Of a stretch of DNA of 32,000 bases, positions 12,155 through 20,864 are shown piece after piece. This stretch comes from Enterobacteriaceae endosymbiont of Donacia provostii (GTDB lineage: Bacteria; Pseudomonadota; Gammaproteobacteria; Enterobacterales; Enterobacteriaceae): contig NZ_CP046206.1 in assembly GCF_012570145.1 (NCBI RefSeq), forward strand, positions 314,955 to 346,954, read 5' to 3'. Below the pieces are notes generated by a model, which saw only the letters and a list, made by a program, of their open reading frames with translations, did no database searches and was not told where the DNA came from. Within the stretch, counting starts at the first letter, position 1. Every line of letters starts with the position of its first letter. Both the position numbers and the translations under genes were made by a program.

Positions 12155-14269
12155 TTATAATTTAGATCTAGATTCTATAATTTTTCTTGTAATACTTATA
12201 GGTGCTTCAGTATATTTTAAAAATTCCATAGTATAAGATGCTCTTCCTTGACTATAAGAACGTAAATCAGTTGCATAACCAAACATTTCTGATAATGGAA
12301 CACAAGCATTTATAATTTTACCTGTAGGAATATTATTCATTCCTTCTATAATACCTCTTCTACGATTTAAATCACCAATTACATCGCCCATATATTCTTC
12401 AGGTGTTTCAACTTCTACTTTCATTATAGGTTCAAGTAAAATAGGATTAGCTTTTTTAAAAGCATTCTTAAATGCAATAGCTGCTGCTAATTTAAAAGCT
12501 AATTCAGAAGAATCAACATCATGATAAGATCCATAATGAAGTCTTACTGAAATATTTACTACTGGATAATTTGCCATAGGACCTGATTTTAATTGTTCTT
12601 GAATACTTTTATCTATAGCTGATATATATTCATTAGGTATTACACCACCTTTTATGTCATTAGTAAATAAATAACCTGTATTATTTTTTGGTGTTTTAAG
12701 GGGGGAAATATCTATAACAACATGACCATACTGTCCTCTTCCTCCGGTTTGTTTTATATATTTACCCTCTATATTATGTACACTATTTTGTATAGTTTCT
12801 CGATAAGAAACTTGAGGTTTACCAATTTTAGCTGAGATATTAAATTCTCTTTTCATTCTATCTACAATAATTTCTAGATGTAATTCACCCATACCAGCTA
12901 TGATAGTTTGATTAGTTTCTTCATCAGTCCAAGTTCTTAAAGAAGGATCTTCTCTAACAAGACGATTTAAAGCTAAACCCATTTTTTCTTGATCTATTTT
13001 TGTTTTAGGTTCTATAGCAATTGAAATTACAGGTTCAGGAAAATCCATAGTTTCCAGAATAATACATTCTTTAATATCACATAATGTATCTCCTGTTGTA
13101 ACATTTTTTAATCCAATAGCAGCTGCTATATCTCCAGCATAAACTTTTTTAATTTCTTCCCTTTTATTAGCATGCATTTGAACAATTCTACCAATACGTT
13201 CTTTTTGTTTTTTAATAGGATTATATATAATTTCTCCACTACTAACAGTTCCAGAATATACTCTAAAAAAAGTTAAGTTACCTACAAAGGGATCATTAGC
13301 TATTTTAAAAGCTAATGCAGAAAATAATTCATTATCATTAGTATTACGTGTTAATATGTTTTTATTATTAATAGAGATACCTTGAATTGGAGGAATATCT
13401 TGTGGAGAAGGTAAATAATCAATAATTGCATCTAATAATGCTTGAACACCCTTGTTTTTAAAAGCAGATCCACATGTAATTAAAGTAATTTCATTATTTA
13501 ATACTCTTTTTCTTAAAGCAGATTTTATCTCTTGTACAGAAATTTTTTCACCATTTAAATATTTTTCTAATAAAATTTCATTAGATTCTACTGCTGTTTC
13601 TATTAATTTTTGATTCCATTTTTTAACTTCTTTTTCCATGTCTTTAGGTATATTAACATAATTACAATTTATTCCTTGGTTTTTTTCACTCCAATTTAAT
13701 GCTTTCATTTGTATTAAATCAATTATACCTGTAAATTGATCTTCTGATCCTATAGGTAATTGTAATGGTATTGCTTCTGTTAATAAATTATTTTTAATTT
13801 GTTTAATAACCTTTATAAAATTTGCTCCCATTCTATCCATTTTATTTATAAAAGCAATTCTAGGAACTTTATATTTATTAGCTTGTCTCCATACTGTTTC
13901 TGATTGAGGTTGTACTCCACCTACAGCACAATAAATCATTACTACTCCGTCTAATACTCTCATAGAACGTTCTACTTCAATTGTAAAATCTACATGTCCA
14001 GGAGTATCAATAATATTTATTCTATGTGATTTATATTGATTAAACATACCTGACCAAAAAGCTGTAGTTGCTGCAGAAGTAATAGTAATACCTCTTTCTT
14101 GTTCTTGTTCCATCCAGTCCATTGTAGCAGCACCATCATGTACTTCTCCTATTTTATGATTTACTCCTGTATAAAATAAAATTCTTTCAGTAGTAGTAGT
14201 TTTCCCAGCATCAATATGTGCGCTAATACCAATATTACGATATCGTTTTATATGAGTTATACGATTCAT
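12155..14269 (-). CDS. fusA: Elongation factor G
   Basis: This 704-aa ORF contains the G-domain motifs [15 protein letters not shown] and DTPGHVDFT. It lies in str operon order. Confidence 0.99.
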   Translation of the reverse strand: MNRITHIKRYRNIGISAHIDAGKTTTTERILFYTGVNHKIGEVHDGAATMDWMEQEQERGITITSAATTAFWSGMFNQYKSHRINIIDTPGHVDFTIEVERSMRVLDGVVMIYCAVGGVQPQSETVWRQANKYKVPRIAFINKMDRMGANFIKVIKQIKNNLLTEAIPLQLPIGSEDQFTGIIDLIQMKALNWSEKNQGINCNYVNIPKDMEKEVKKWNQKLIETAVESNEILLEKYLNGEKISVQEIKSALRKRVLNNEITLITCGSAFKNKGVQALLDAIIDYLPSPQDIPPIQGISINNKNILTRNTNDNELFSALAFKIANDPFVGNLTFFRVYSGTVSSGEIIYNPIKKQKERIGRIVQMHANKREEIKKVYAGDIAAAIGLKNVTTGDTLCDIKECIILETMDFPEPVISIAIEPKTKIDQEKMGLALNRLVREDPSLRTWTDEETNQTIIAGMGELHLEIIVDRMKREFNISAKIGKPQVSYRETIQNSVHNIEGKYIKQTGGRGQYGHVVIDISPLKTPKNNTGYLFTNDIKGGVIPNEYISAIDKSIQEQLKSGPMANYPVVNISVRLHYGSYHDVDSSELAFKLAAAIAFKNAFKKANPILLEPIMKVEVETPEEYMGDVIGDLNRRRGIIEGMNNIPTGKIINACVPLSEMFGYATDLRSYSQGRASYTMEFLKYTEAPISITRKIIESRSKL

Positions 14270-14423
14270 ATTATTCCTCTATCCTTATTATATAAAAATT
14301 TTATGATGATATTTTAAATATTTTTTAAAGAAAAAATAAATATTGATTTAGTCACAACATATATTATTAATTAATTGATTCATTTTTATTTTAATTAAAA
14401 TTATTTAAATTTTGATTATTATT

Positions 14424-14894
14424 TTACCAACGATAATGTGCAAAAGCTTTATTAGCTTCTGCCATTTTATGTATTTCTTCTCGTTTTTTAACTGCATTTC
14501 CTTTATTTTCTAAAGCGTCTGATATTTCATTAGTTAGTTTTAAAATCATAGATTTTTCTTGTCTTTTTCTTGCAGAATTTACTAACCAACGTATAGCTAA
14601 AGTATTTCTTCTAGAAGGTCTTATTTCTACTGGAACTTGATATGTTGATCCTCCTACTCTTCTTGATTTTACTTCTACTACAGGTTTGATATTTTCTAAT
14701 GCATTTAAAAAAATGTCTATTTCTTTTCTACCTGTTTTTTTTGTAAGTTCTTTTAAAGAAGAATAAACAATAAATTCTGCAATAGATTTTTTACCATTTA
14801 TCATAATAATATTAATAAATTTTGCTAATAAATCTGATTCAAATTGAGGATCTGGTGATATTTTTCGTTGACTTACTATACGTCTACGAGGCAT
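14424..14894 (-). CDS. rpsG: 30S ribosomal protein S7
   Basis: This 156-aa ORF starts [16 protein letters not shown] and ends ...KAFAHYRW, the canonical S7 termini. Confidence 0.98.
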   Translation of the reverse strand: MPRRRIVSQRKISPDPQFESDLLAKFINIIMINGKKSIAEFIVYSSLKELTKKTGRKEIDIFLNALENIKPVVEVKSRRVGGSTYQVPVEIRPSRRNTLAIRWLVNSARKRQEKSMILKLTNEISDALENKGNAVKKREEIHKMAEANKAFAHYRW

Positions 14895-14936
14895 AAAAAT
14901 TACTCCATTATTTTAATTAAATTAATTTATAAAAAT

Positions 14937-15308
14937 TTACTTAGGTTTTTTAACTCCATATCTTGATCTTCCTTTTTTACGATTTTTTACTCCGGTACAA
15001 TCTAACGTACCTCTAATTGTATGATATCTTACTCCAGGTAAATCTTTAACTCTTCCTCCTCTAATTAAAATAACAGAATGTTCTTGTAAATTATGTCCTT
15101 CTCCAGATATATAAGAAGTAACTTCAAAACCATTTGTTAGTCTAACTCTACATACTTTTCTTAAAGCAGAATTAGGTTTTTTAGGAGTTGTTGTATAAAC
15201 TTTTGTACATACTCCTCTTTTTTGTGGGCAAGAATTTAAAGCCGGTACATTAGTTTTAATAATTTTACGAGATCTATTTTTACGGACTAATTGATTTATT
15301 GTTACCAT
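14937..15308 (-). CDS. rpsL: 30S ribosomal protein S12
   Basis: This 123-aa ORF contains VTINQLVRK...[29 protein letters not shown] and is almost identical to E. coli S12. Confidence 0.99.
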   Translation of the reverse strand: MVTINQLVRKNRSRKIIKTNVPALNSCPQKRGVCTKVYTTTPKKPNSALRKVCRVRLTNGFEVTSYISGEGHNLQEHSVILIRGGRVKDLPGVRYHTIRGTLDCTGVKNRKKGRSRYGVKKPK

Positions 15309-15349
15309 TTTTTTAACCTAAAATAATATGTTTTATTAATAAAAAATAA

Positions 15350-15649
15350 TTACCATAATATTTGTTTTTTGTGTTTTATTGTTAAATCAACAAATTTTGT
15401 ATAATTTATTCTTATTATTATATTAGAAATATTTAAATTTAAACCTCTAGCTAATATATCATTATTTATAGCAAAAATTAAGATTTTCATTTTTTTCTTA
15501 ATTTTAATAATTTTTTGCATATATAAGCTATTTTTTAATCCAGCCAATACTCCATCCTGAATTAAAAGTAATTCATCATGTTTATGTAAACTATTTAATA
15601 ATAAAGAAAAATTACAAGATGTTGGAGAACTAAATAGGGTATATAACAT
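15350..15649 (-). CDS. tusB: Sulfurtransferase complex subunit TusB (tRNA 2-thiouridine synthesis)
   Basis: This 99-aa ORF shows MLYTLFSSP...DELLLIQDGV...ILARGL, which parallels E. coli TusB (MLHTLHRSP...DELLLLQDGV...LIARGL). It lies directly upstream of rpsL, as in E. coli. Confidence 0.85.
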   Translation of the reverse strand: MLYTLFSSPTSCNFSLLLNSLHKHDELLLIQDGVLAGLKNSLYMQKIIKIKKKMKILIFAINNDILARGLNLNISNIIIRINYTKFVDLTIKHKKQILW

Positions 15650-15664
15650 ATAAAATATATTTAT

Positions 15665-16036
15665 TTAATTAAAATTAATAATTATATCATAATTATTAAT
15701 TTTTTTTTTCCATATTAAAGGATGAATAATTTTAATTGGTAACATCCAATTATTTTTTTTGTTATTTTTTTCTATACCTAAGGTTTTAAGAGATTCTGAA
15801 CAAATATAATAATTATTAATATTACAAAATTTTAAAATATTTAAACTAATATTATAATTGTTTAATAAAAAATTTTTCGTATTTTGTTTACTATATATTT
15901 GTAAAATACCATCTCCTATAAAAAATAAAGCTATATCCTCAGTAAATGAGGATATAGAAAGAATTATATCTATTCCTTCTTTATTAATAATATTTCCATA
16001 TGGAGATTTTGAAAATATAAATGCTATTTTATTCAT
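15665..16036 (-). CDS. tusC: Sulfurtransferase complex subunit TusC
   Basis: This 123-aa ORF shows MNKIAFIFSKSPYG...EGIDIIL...FFIGDGI, which parallels E. coli TusC (MKRIAFVFSTAPHG...EGLDALL...FFIADGV). Its start overlaps the tusD stop by 1 nt (TAATG). Confidence 0.85.
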   Translation of the reverse strand: MNKIAFIFSKSPYGNIINKEGIDIILSISSFTEDIALFFIGDGILQIYSKQNTKNFLLNNYNISLNILKFCNINNYYICSESLKTLGIEKNNKKNNWMLPIKIIHPLIWKKKINNYDIIINFN

Positions 16037-16437
16037 TAAAATTGAACTAAACGATCACAAGTTAATACAGATTTTGTAAATGTACTTAAAGTTGTTATTT
16101 TAAATGTATTATCAATAATATCATATTTTTTTTGATAACTTAATAAATTTTCTTTATTATAATCATTGTCTATTATTAGACCTCTTCTTTTTAAAGAGGT
16201 AGTACATATATATAAATTAATATTATACTGTATATTTAATTTTTTCCAATGACTAATTAAATTAAATTCATCTTCATTAAAAATGATATTTTTATTCGAA
16301 TTAAAAACTCCATCACTATAAAAAAATATATCTTTTATTACTTGTTTTTTTTTTATTACTGCTTTAGTAAATAAATAAGCAGAATAGGAATTCTGTTTGT
16401 TGTACGGAGCTGTTGTTATAAATATTACAAAAATCAT
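16036..16437 (-). CDS. tusD: Sulfurtransferase TusD
   Basis: This 133-aa ORF contains the conserved active-site context YICTTSLKRRG (E. coli NICVAAALRRG, Cys78). Its C-terminus LTCDRLVQF matches E. coli LTCDRVVQF. Confidence 0.9.
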   Translation of the reverse strand: MIFVIFITTAPYNKQNSYSAYLFTKAVIKKKQVIKDIFFYSDGVFNSNKNIIFNEDEFNLISHWKKLNIQYNINLYICTTSLKRRGLIIDNDYNKENLLSYQKKYDIIDNTFKITTLSTFTKSVLTCDRLVQF

Positions 16438-16544
16438 ATTTTGTGACCTGAAAATTTAAAATATTTTAATTATATTTTAAACTTATATACATATTAAAAA
16501 TATTTTTAATTAATTAAAATTAATGAAAATATAAAAATTAATTA

Positions 16545-17378
16545 TTAGATAGAATTTTTTACATCTAAAAGTTCAATTTCAAATTTTAAAGTTGAATTAG
16601 ATGGTATACCAGAAATAATTTCTGAACCATAAGCTAATTTTGGAGGAATAATTAATGTTATTTTTCCACCTTGTCTTATATATTTTAGACCTTCTTTCCA
16701 ACCATCTATGACTTGTTTTAAAGATATAAATAAAGGTTTATTTTTTTCTGTACTATCAAATTCAGTACCATCAATCAATTTTCCTGTATATTTAATAACA
16801 ACAATCTGATTATTATTAGTAATTTTTTTACCATAACCTAATTTATGTATTTTATATACTAATCCACTATTAGTTTTTTTAAATCCTTTTTCTTTTAAAA
16901 TTTTTTTAATATATTTTTTACCTAAATTATCATTATTTATAACTTCTTGTTGTATTTTATCAGCACTAAAATTTTTTATATTAGAATCATATAATTGTAG
17001 TACTCTATCAATTTCATCATTAGAAAGTTTATGTTTTTTCTCTAATGCATCTGATACACCTTGAAGTATTAATTTCTTATCTAATACCATCTTTAATGTT
17101 TTTTGAATTTGAAATGTACGTGTTAAATATTTTCCTATTGTTATTCCTAATGAATAGGAAATTTTATCATCATCATTTTTAAAAAGTTCTTCTTGTTTTT
17201 GATTTTTTATGTTTTGTTTTTTTTTTTGATTTTTTATTTTTTTTTTTGTAATACTTGTAGTTTTATTTTGCCACCATGATACATTTTCTAATGTAAATGC
17301 ATAGGCACTGGATATATTTAAACCAATAAATAACATGAATATAATTAATATTGATTTTTTTTTAGTAAAAAATTTCAT
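16545..17378 (-). CDS. fkpA: Periplasmic FKBP-type peptidyl-prolyl isomerase/chaperone FkpA
   Basis: This 277-aa ORF has a signal peptide, MKFFTKKKSILIIFMLFIGLNISSAYA. It also shows FKNDDDKISYSLG (E. coli FKNDDQKSAYALG) and a C-terminal FKBP domain, GLVYKI...YTGKLIDGTEFDS...VIDGWKEGL...LIIPPKLAYG...NSTLKFEIELLDVK. Confidence 0.93.
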   Translation of the reverse strand: MKFFTKKKSILIIFMLFIGLNISSAYAFTLENVSWWQNKTTSITKKKIKNQKKKQNIKNQKQEELFKNDDDKISYSLGITIGKYLTRTFQIQKTLKMVLDKKLILQGVSDALEKKHKLSNDEIDRVLQLYDSNIKNFSADKIQQEVINNDNLGKKYIKKILKEKGFKKTNSGLVYKIHKLGYGKKITNNNQIVVIKYTGKLIDGTEFDSTEKNKPLFISLKQVIDGWKEGLKYIRQGGKITLIIPPKLAYGSEIISGIPSNSTLKFEIELLDVKNSI

Positions 17379-17440
17379 TTTTTCTCCAAAATTTTTTAAT
17401 AATAAATATTAATAATTTTAAACATACTAAAGTTTTACTT

Positions 17441-17473
17441 ATAAAATAAGATAAATTAATTATCTTATTTTAT
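17441..17473 (-). terminator. Perfect 14-bp A/T-rich hairpin in the asd-fkpA spacer. It may be the asd terminator or an operon boundary.
   Basis: ATAAAATAAGATAA (17441-17454) pairs with TTATCTTATTTTAT (17460-17473) around the loop ATTAA. It lies 56 nt after the asd stop. There is no clear U-tract, so the call is weak. Confidence 0.3.
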
Positions 17474-17528
17474 ATAAAATATTACTTTTAATAAAAAAAT
17501 ACAAGTTAAATTTTATTTTTTTAGAAAG

Positions 17529-18641
17529 TTATATTAATAATTTTAACATTCTTCTTAATGGTTCTGATGCTCCCCATAATAATTGGTCTCCTACTGAAAA
17601 AATAGAAAAGCAATTTTTATCTATATTTAATTTTTTTATTCTTCCTACATGAATATTTAATTTACCACTAACAGAAGATGGTGTAAGATAATTAATAGTA
17701 TCATCAAAATTATTAGGTATTATTTTAACCCATTTATTACTATTTAAAATAATATTATTTACATTATTTACAGATAAATTTTTATTTAGTTTTATTGTAA
17801 AAGATTGACTATGTGAACGTAGAGTAGGTATTCTTACACAAGTACCATCTATTGGGATAATTTTCTTAGTATTTAAAATTTTATTAGTTTCAAATTGTCC
17901 TTTCCATTCTTCTTTTGTTTGGTTAGTATTTTTTATTTTTTTATCTATCCATGGAATTAAACTATTAATTAAAGGGACATGAAAATTTTTTTTAGGAAAA
18001 TAAGGATCATTCATATACTTTGAGATTTGTCTTTCTATATCAATAATATTTATTGAAGAATTATTAATAAAAGAAGAAATATTTTGGGATATATATCCCA
18101 TTTGTAAAATTAATTCTTTCATAAATTTAGAACCTGCACCAGATGCAGCTTGATAAGTAGAAATAAAAATCCAATCAATTAAATTATTTTTAAAAAGGCT
18201 ACCTATAGCCATTAACATTAAACTAACAGTACAATTACAACCAACAAAAGTTTTAATACCTAAATTTAATTTTTGTTTTATATCTTTCAAATTAATAGGA
18301 TCTAAGACAATTAAAGATTCTTTTAAAGTTCTTAAATTAGAAGCAGCATCGATCCAATATCCTTTCCAACCCATTTGACGTAATTTAAAATATACCTTAT
18401 TTGTATATTCACTACCTTGACATGTTAAAATGATATCTAATTCATATAATTTTTTAAAATCATAAGCATTTTCTAATGTTAAAAATTTATTTTTTATACT
18501 AAAATGATTTATAGTTTCACCATATTGTGAAGTAGAAAAAAAAATAGCATTGATGTTATCAAAATCTTTTTTTTTAATCATCCTTTTTATAAGAACAGAA
18601 CCAACCATTCCTCTCCAACCAATAAATCCTACAGTTTTCAT
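17529..18641 (-). CDS. asd: Aspartate-semialdehyde dehydrogenase
   Basis: This 370-aa ORF begins MKTVGFIGWRGMVGSVLIKRMIKKKDFDNINAIFFSTSQ, matching E. coli Asd MKNVGFIGWRGMVGSVLMQRMVEERDFDAIRPVFFSTSQ. The active-site context VGCNCTVSLMLMA is present. Confidence 0.97.
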   Translation of the reverse strand: MKTVGFIGWRGMVGSVLIKRMIKKKDFDNINAIFFSTSQYGETINHFSIKNKFLTLENAYDFKKLYELDIILTCQGSEYTNKVYFKLRQMGWKGYWIDAASNLRTLKESLIVLDPINLKDIKQKLNLGIKTFVGCNCTVSLMLMAIGSLFKNNLIDWIFISTYQAASGAGSKFMKELILQMGYISQNISSFINNSSINIIDIERQISKYMNDPYFPKKNFHVPLINSLIPWIDKKIKNTNQTKEEWKGQFETNKILNTKKIIPIDGTCVRIPTLRSHSQSFTIKLNKNLSVNNVNNIILNSNKWVKIIPNNFDDTINYLTPSSVSGKLNIHVGRIKKLNIDKNCFSIFSVGDQLLWGASEPLRRMLKLLI

Positions 18642-18765
18642 TTATTGTATCCTATATATTAATTTAAATATATTTTATATATACTATATATAAAATATTG
18701 ATTTTAAAATTTATTATTACATAATATTTAATTTAAAAATTTGGATAATTATTTTATATAAATAA

Positions 18766-19446
18766 TTAAATCAAACTAATATTCCAATTAATAGGTTTTT
18801 TTTTATGTAAAATTAAATATTTATTTGTTTTAGAAAAATGTTTACAAAAATTAAATCCTCTATGAAAAGATAATGGTGAAGGATGTGATGTGGTTAATAT
18901 TAAATGATCTGATGTAATTAAAATATGTTTTTTTTTTGCATATGTACCCCATAATAAAAAAACAATATTTTTATAGTAAAAATTAATTATTTTAATAACA
19001 TTATTTGTAAAAATTTCCCAGCCTATATTAGCATGAGATTGTGGTTTTCCTTTTTCAACTGTTAATATAGAATTTAATAACATTACTCCTTCATTTACCC
19101 AATTTATTAAATATCCATGATTAGGTATAATAAAACTAGGTATATCGTATTTTATTGCTTTATAAATATTTTTTAATGTAGGAGGTATTTTAATTTTTGG
19201 CATAACCGAAAAAGCAAAACCATTAGCTTGATTTACACCATAATATGGATCTTGACCAATAATAACTACTTTTAAATTATTAAAATTTATTTTTTTAAAA
19301 ATATTAAAAATATATTTTTTTTTAGGATAAATGATTTTATTATTATTTTTAATATCTATATAAATTTTTTCTATTAGTCTTATAAAATATTTTTTTTTTG
19401 TTTCTTTTTGAAAAAAATTATGCCATATGATATTTTTATCTTTCAT
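18766..19446 (-). CDS. ung: Uracil-DNA glycosylase
   Basis: This 226-aa ORF has the catalytic motifs VVIIGQDPYYG (E. coli ILGQDPYHG) and TSHPSPLSFHRGF (E. coli HPSPLSAHRGF). Confidence 0.96.
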   Translation of the reverse strand: MKDKNIIWHNFFQKETKKKYFIRLIEKIYIDIKNNNKIIYPKKKYIFNIFKKINFNNLKVVIIGQDPYYGVNQANGFAFSVMPKIKIPPTLKNIYKAIKYDIPSFIIPNHGYLINWVNEGVMLLNSILTVEKGKPQSHANIGWEIFTNNVIKIINFYYKNIVFLLWGTYAKKKHILITSDHLILTTSHPSPLSFHRGFNFCKHFSKTNKYLILHKKKPINWNISLI

Positions 19447-19563
19447 AATATATTAAATTATTTATAAATATAAATTTTTAAAAATATTATATTATGTTAA
19501 TATGAAAAAATATCCTTGTTTTTAATTAAAATTAAAAATTTTAACCATAAGGAATATATAAAA

Positions 19564-19929
19564 GTGAATTACTATGAAATAGTTTTTATTATTAATCCAA
19601 ATCAAAGTGATCAAGTAAATAATATTATAGAATATTATAAAAAATTAGTTTACAAAAATAATGGTTATATTTCAAGGTTTGAAGATTGGGGTAGAAGACA
19701 ATTAGCATATCCTATATTTAAATTACATAAAGCACATTATATATTAATGAATATTGTTTTAAACAAAACAGATTTAATAAAAAAAATTGAAAATAATTTA
19801 AGAATTAATGAACATATTATAAGATATCTTATTATTAAAACCAAAACAGAAAGAAAAACTACATCTTTTATTTTAAAATCTAAATCTGAATATCAAGAAA
19901 AACGTAGTGATATAATCAAAACAATATAG
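19564..19929 (+). CDS. rpsF: 30S ribosomal protein S6
   Basis: The ORF-track frame runs 19516-19929 from a TTG. I prefer the GTG at 19564, which gives (M)NYYEIVFIINPNQSDQV..., colinear with E. coli MRHYEIVFMVHPDQSEQV. AAGGA lies about 10 nt upstream. RFEDWGRRQLAYPI...HKAHY is conserved. Confidence 0.9.
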   Translation: MNYYEIVFIINPNQSDQVNNIIEYYKKLVYKNNGYISRFEDWGRRQLAYPIFKLHKAHYILMNIVLNKTDLIKKIENNLRINEHIIRYLIIKTKTERKTTSFILKSKSEYQEKRSDIIKTI

Positions 19930-19971
19930 TTTTTTAAAAAAAATTATTTTATAATTATTTGGAGTATTTTT

Positions 19972-20199
19972 ATGATACGTTACTTTCGTCGTCGTAAGTT
20001 TTGTCGTTTTACTGTAGAAGGTATTAAAGAAATTGATTATAAAGATATACATATTTTAAAAAATTTTATTACTGAAAGTGGTAAAATTGTACCTAGTAGA
20101 ATTACAGGTACTAAAGCAAAATATCAACGTCAATTAACTAAAGCTATAAAATTAGCAAGATATTTATCTTTAATATCCTATACTGATCATCATAAATAA
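19972..20199 (+). CDS. rpsR: 30S ribosomal protein S18
   Basis: This 75-aa ORF reads [62 protein letters not shown], canonical for S18. Confidence 0.98.
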   Translation: MIRYFRRRKFCRFTVEGIKEIDYKDIHILKNFITESGKIVPSRITGTKAKYQRQLTKAIKLARYLSLISYTDHHK

Positions 20200-20246
20200 T
20201 TTATATATTTTTTAAAATTAAAAATTTTTTATAAAGAGTAAACATA

Positions 20247-20699
20247 ATGAAAGTAATTTTATTAGATAAGATACTTAATATAGGAGAGAAATCTCAAATT
20301 ATAGATGTTAAATCTGGATATGCACGTAATTTTTTAATACCAAAAAATAAAGCAATAATTGCTAATAAAAATAATATTTTAATTTTAAAACAAAAAATTT
20401 TAGAAAAAAAATCTAAATTGTTAGATATTTTAAATAAAGCAAAATTAAAATTAAAAAATTTTAATTTAATAAAAAATAAAATAGTAATTATGGCAAAAGC
20501 TAGTAAAAATGGTAAATTATTTGGTTCAATAAATAAAAATGATATTATAAAAGAATTTAAAAAAATTAGATTCGATCTTTTAAAAAAAGAAATTAAATTA
20601 CCTAAAAAAGGAATTAAATATCTTGGAGAATATAATATCGTATTTAAATTTCATGAAAAAATTTTAGTTGAAAAAAAAATTTATATAGTAAATAATTAA
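20247..20699 (+). CDS. rplI: 50S ribosomal protein L9
   Basis: This 150-aa ORF begins MKVILLDKILNIGEKSQIIDVKSGYARNFLIPKNKA, matching the L9 N-domain. It follows rpsR. Confidence 0.95.
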   Translation: MKVILLDKILNIGEKSQIIDVKSGYARNFLIPKNKAIIANKNNILILKQKILEKKSKLLDILNKAKLKLKNFNLIKNKIVIMAKASKNGKLFGSINKNDIIKEFKKIRFDLLKKEIKLPKKGIKYLGEYNIVFKFHEKILVEKKIYIVNN

Positions 20700-20702
20700 A
20701 TA

Positions 20703-20731
20703 TTGACTTGACTTATGAAATTAAGTATAAT
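20703..20731 (+). promoter_or_regulatory. Near-consensus sigma70 promoter for ffs
   Basis: TTGACT (20703-20708), an exactly 17-nt spacer and TATAAT (20726-20731). The predicted start site at about 20738 coincides with the first base of the terminal helix of the 4.5S RNA. Confidence 0.65.
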
Positions 20732-20737
20732 CTGTAT

Positions 20738-20840
20738 AAACATGATTATTGAAAGCAATATTATTTTATAAATCCAGTCAGGTCTGGAAAGAAGCAGCTG
20801 TAATAAATATAATATGTGTAAATAAATAGTCATGTTTTTC
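20738..20840 (+). ncRNA. ffs: Signal recognition particle 4.5S RNA
   Basis: It contains the SRP domain IV core CCAGTCAGGTCTGGAAAGAAGCAGCTG (20774-20800), compared with E. coli CCAGGUCAGGUCCGGAAGGAAGCAGCC. The GGAA tetraloop lies at 20786-20789. The conserved CAGG/AGCA internal loop is retained. Two helices show compensatory changes: UCC/GGA to UCU/AGA and GGU/GCC to AGU/GCU. The terminal helix pairs 20738-20746 with 20829-20837 and is followed by a U5 run. Confidence 0.85.
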
Positions 20841-20864
20841 TATCTTATTTAAAAAAATAATAAC

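Noticed and set aside
16441-16462. A TGTGA half-site upstream of tusD (TTTTGTGACCTGAAAATTTAAA) as a CRP-binding site. Other isolated TGTGA/TCACA pentamers occur at about 7861, 14358, 24168 and 27906.
   Set aside because: None has a matching second half-site at the 6-nt spacing (3 of 5 matches at best). Single pentamers are expected by chance.
18670-18698. A perfect 29-nt palindrome (ATATTTTATATATA C TATATATAAAATAT) as a protein-binding operator upstream of asd
   Set aside because: It consists entirely of TA-repeat-like sequence. Palindromes of this kind arise readily by chance or slippage in roughly 85% AT spacer, so there is no independent support. It is mentioned only in the breakpoint finding.
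19516-19563. A TTG-initiated 16-codon extension of rpsF
   Set aside because: S6 homology begins at the GTG at 19564 (NYYEIVF versus E. coli RHYEIVF), with AAGGA upstream. The extension is not conserved sequence.
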